This document shows positions 60,521 to 64,000 of a stretch of 64,000 nt of DNA, in pieces. Under the pieces are notes generated by a model. The model was not told where the DNA came from. It saw only the letters and a program-made list of their open reading frames with translations, and searched no databases. Origin of the DNA: Macrostomum lignano (Eukaryota). A program made the position numbers and the translations under genes. The stretch spans positions 124,001 through 188,000 of the forward strand of contig NIVC01000953.1 in assembly GCA_002269645.1 (NCBI GenBank), written 5' to 3'. Every line of letters begins with the position of its first letter. Position 1 is the first letter of the stretch.

Positions 60521-63500
60521 AAGACACAGACAGATAAACCTTCAGCTTGCGGTGCAGCCCGGTGAAGAAGTCCACCCCCTCCTGCACTTTGTCCAGCAGC
60601 ACCGGTCCCTCATTCCAGGTGGCCACCAGCCGCTGCAGGGCAGCCTCGCGGTCGGCGCGGCGCTGAGCGATCAGCTGCCGGTGCGGGGCCAGCTTGGCGT
60701 GAACCTCTATCAGAGCTGACAGGATGTTTGCCTGGGCGGCCAAGTTCTGATTCAGGTAGGTCAGTCGGTCCTGCTGCTTAGCCAGGGTGGCCTCGAACAT
60801 CTGCACCGGGTCCTGGTTGGGCTGCCGCAGCAGCAGGCTGGTGGCGTCTTCCGAGCGGAGATCCGACCGGATCGAGGCCAGCAGCTCCGCCCGCTGGCTG
60901 CGCATCTCCGACACCTTGCCAAGGAGCCGCTTCAGCTCCGACACGGACTGGCCCAGCTGCTCGTCAGCCTGGTCAATTCAGCACGGTAGAGTCAGGCCAT
61001 CTGATCATCTACTCATGTCTTCCCCTCTCCTCTCCTCCCTTCACTCCCCTTTCCTGCCTTCACTCCTCTCTACTCCCTTCACTCTCCTCTCCTCCCTTCA
61101 CTCCCCTCTCCTCCCTTCACTCCCCTCTCCTGCCTTTACTCTCCTCTCCTCTCTTCACTCCCCTCTCCTCCCTTCACTCTCCTCTCCTCCCTTCACTCCC
61201 CTCTCCTCCCTTCACTCTCCTCTCCTCCCTTCACTCCCCTCTCCTGCCTTTACTCTCCTCTCCTCCCTTCACTCCTCTCTACTCCCTTCACTCCCCTCTC
61301 CTCCCTTCACTCCCCTCTCCTCCCTTCACTCCCCTCTCCTCCCTTCACTCCCCTCTCCTCCCTTCACTCCCCTCTCCTCCCTTCACTCCCCTCTCCTCCC
61401 TTCACTCCCCTCTCCTCCCTTCACTCCCCTCTCCTCCCTTCACTCCCCTCTCCTCCATTCACTCCCTTGTCCTCCCTTCACTCCCCTCTCCTCCTTTCAC
61501 TCCCCTCTCCTCCCTTCACTCCCCTCTCCTCCCTTCACTCCCTTGTCCTGCCTTCACTCCCTTGTCCTCCCTTCACTCCCCTCTCCTCCCTTCACTCCCT
61601 TGTCCTCCCTTCATTCCCTTGTCCTCCTTTCACTCCCCTCTCCTCCTTTCACTCCCCTCTCCTCCCTTCACTCCCCTCTCCTCCCTTCACTCCCTTGTCC
61701 TCCCTTCACTCCCTTCACTCCCTTGCCCTCCCTTCACTCCCTTCACTCCCCTCTCCTCCCTTCACTCCCTTGTCCTCCCTTCACTCCCCTCTCCTCCTTT
61801 CACTCCCCTCTCCTCCCTTCACTCCTATCTCCTCCCTTCACTCCCATCTCCTCCCTTCACTCCCCTCTCCGCCCTTCACTCCCCTCTCCTCCCTTCACTC
61901 CCCTCTCCTCCCTTCACTCCCCTCTCCTCCCTTCACTCCCCTCTCCTCCCTTCACTCCCCTCTCCTCCTTTCACTCCCCTCTCCTCCCTTCACTACTCTC
62001 TCCTCCTCTCTCACTTCACTCCCCTCTCCTCCCTTCACTCCCCTCTCCTCCCTTCACTCAAGCAAGCCTCACCTGCAGGTCGGTCACCGTAGGCAGGCTG
62101 GCCTTCAATTCCTCAGGCGATTTCCTCAGCTCAGCCAGACTCTCAGCGTGCCGACTGGCGCTGGCCCGCAGGCTGTCATTGGATGGCTGAGCTTCTCGGG
62201 CCACCTTCTCAAACTTGGCCAGGTCGTCTAGGAACGGTCTGAGCGAGGCGGCAGTCTCGGCCGGGGCGTCCTTGGTCAGCTGACGCAGCTCGCCAAGCAG
62301 GGTGTCCACGTCCACCGCTGCCGACGCCAGCTGCTGCATCCGCTGCGTCAGCCGCTTCTGCGCCGCGTCGCCTTCGACAGACAGCTGAGCGCAGGCGTCG
62401 TAAAGAGCTTGGGGCAGCGGCGCGTCCTCGGAGACGGAGTAGAACTCGGGATCCGCCTGCGGGAATGCGGAAGCACTCCATGCCTGTCACGCTGGCACTC
62501 CATGCCTGTCACGCTGGCACTCCATGCCTCTCACTCTCTCTGGCACTCGATGTCTGTCACTCTTTCTAGCACTCCATGCCACGCTCTCTCTCTAGCACTC
62601 CATGTCTCTCAGTGTCTCTGGCACTCCATCTCTCTCTGGCACTCCATGCCACCCACCCTCTCTGGCACTCCACGCCTGTCACTCTGGCACCCCATACCAC
62701 TCACTCTCTCCAGCACTCCGTATCTCAGTGTCTCTGGCACTCCATGTCTCACTCTCTCTGACACTCCATGTCTCACTCTCTCTGGCACTCCATCTCTCAC
62801 TCTCTCTGGCACTCCACGCCTCTCACTCTCTCTGGCACTCCATCTCTCACTCTCTCTGGCACTCCACGCCTCTCAATCTCTGGCACTCCATGTCTCTCAC
62901 TCTCTCTGGCACTCCATCTCTCACTCTCTCTGGCACTCCACGCCTCTCACTCTCTCTGGCACTCCATGTCTCTCACTCTCTCTGGCACTCCGTCTCTCAC
63001 TCTCTCTAGCACTCCATGTCTCTCACTCTCTCTCTGGCACTCCATGTCTCTCACTCTCTCTCTGGCACTCCATGTCTCTCACTCTCTCTGGCACTCCGTC
63101 TCTCACTCTCTCTGACACTCTCATCACACTGGTCCTCACCTGCAAGCTGCTGAGGCACTCGGCCAACTCAGTATCCTTGGTCTCAACGGCATCGCCAATC
63201 TCTCTCAGCTTCTTTGACACCTCCTCGGAGTACACGCTGGACGCTTCGCTGGTTTTCATCGGCACCAGGCGTTTGAACAGGTCGGGGCCGGCCGCCTCGG
63301 CAGGATCGAAGGCCAGCGGCTTCACGAGCTGGGCCGACTGCACCTCAGGCACTGTTTGGGGAATCTGCGCATTGGGAGGGGGTCGGACTTAGGGATTGGG
63401 ATTTGAGAAATCGGGATTGGGGTTTGAGAATTCGGGATAGGAATCGGAGAAGTCAGGATTGGGATATGAGAAGTCGGGATTTGGATATGAAAAATCGGGA

Positions 63501-64000
63501 TTAGGATCTGAGAAATCGAAATTGGGATTTGAGAAATCGGGATTGGGATATGAGAAATCGGGATTGGGACATGAGAAATCGAAATTGGGATATGAGAAAT
63601 CGGGATTAGGATCTGAGAAATCGAAATTGGGATATGAGAAATCGGGATTAGGATCTGAGAAATCGGGATTGGGACATGAGAAATCGAAATTGGGATATGA
63701 GAAATCGGGATTAGGATCTGAGAAGTCGAGATTGGGAATTAAGAAATCAAAATTGGGATTTGAGAAATCCGGATTGGGATCTAAGAAATCGGGATTGGGA
63801 TCTGAGAAATCGGGATTGGGATCTGAGAAATCGGGATTGGGATCTAAGATGTCGGGATCGGGATCTGAGAAGTCGGGATTAGGATCTGAGACATCGGGAT
63901 TGGGATCTGAGAAAGCCGGTTTGGGGTCAGAGAAATCAGGATTGGGAATCAAGGAATCTCATAAACTGGAGCAGCGGGCGGTCTCACCTGAGCATGGTAA
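53071..64000 (-). CDS. PTPN23: His-domain protein tyrosine phosphatase HD-PTP (Bro1/V domain, Pro-rich region, PTP-like domain), 5' end outside window; exons >63988, 63364-63140, 62456-62073, 60968-60540, 60171-56694 (two apparent 1-nt frameshifts), 54019-53626, 53339-53071
   Basis: YHAQ|[16 protein letters not shown]...[20 protein letters not shown] (Bro1/V junction), [18 protein letters not shown] motifs [22 protein letters not shown], and C-terminal [10 protein letters not shown], all matching PTPN23. Splice junctions are GT-AG and in phase. Confidence 0.92.
53355..53610. repeat. ~70-bp tandem repeat in the last PTPN23 intron
   Basis: Three or more copies of ...TTAGACTACTAATCAGTAGGCGAGCATTGAAAAATAC... 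Confidence 0.8.
54130..56520. repeat. 22-bp minisatellite (GGATGATTCTTGGGGGAATTAT), PTPN23 intron
   Basis: About 2.4 kb of tandem copies. Confidence 0.95.
60226..60535. repeat. (GACA)n microsatellite, PTPN23 intron
   Basis: Direct reading. Confidence 0.93.
61015..62058. repeat. 19-bp CT-rich minisatellite, PTPN23 intron
   Basis: Copies of TCCCTTCACTCCCCTCTCC. Confidence 0.92.
62475..63120. repeat. ~26-bp minisatellite (CTCTGGCACTCCATGTCTCTCACTCT), PTPN23 intron
   Basis: Tandem copies. Confidence 0.9.
63390..63950. repeat. 21-bp minisatellite (GGGATTGGGATCTGAGAAATC), PTPN23 intron
   Basis: Tandem copies. Confidence 0.9.

Overview
Eukaryotic (metazoan) genomic DNA. GC-rich exons with poly-Q/A tracts and introns full of minisatellites suggest the flatworm Macrostomum (inference, not proven). 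Five spliced protein-coding genes can be reconstructed by hand. (1) Pax6 (+, 2410-16231, 5 exons). (2) A group XII secreted phospholipase A2 (-, starts at 21322), probably with a further terminal exon ending in HDEL. (3) A MIF4G-domain protein (+, 37075-38932). (4) A DEG/ENaC channel resembling FaNaC (-, 50700-43302), with two apparent lesions near TM2. (5) The 3' part of HD-PTP/PTPN23 (-, >63988-53071). There is also a tRNA-Gly(GCC). About 21.4-37 kb is an AT-rich transposon graveyard. It holds a CACTA/EnSpm transposase relic almost completely stripped of CpG, plus young CpG-rich PIF/Harbinger-type elements, including a MITE lying next to its apparent progenitor. A Crypton-like tyrosine-recombinase fragment sits beside a ~310-bp palindrome at 41-42 kb. 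All 16 introns longer than ~250 bp carry their own minisatellite, and several of these repeat the branch-point/pyrimidine signal next to the 3' splice site. Most long ORFs in the track are artefacts of these arrays. All counts and coordinates were read manually.
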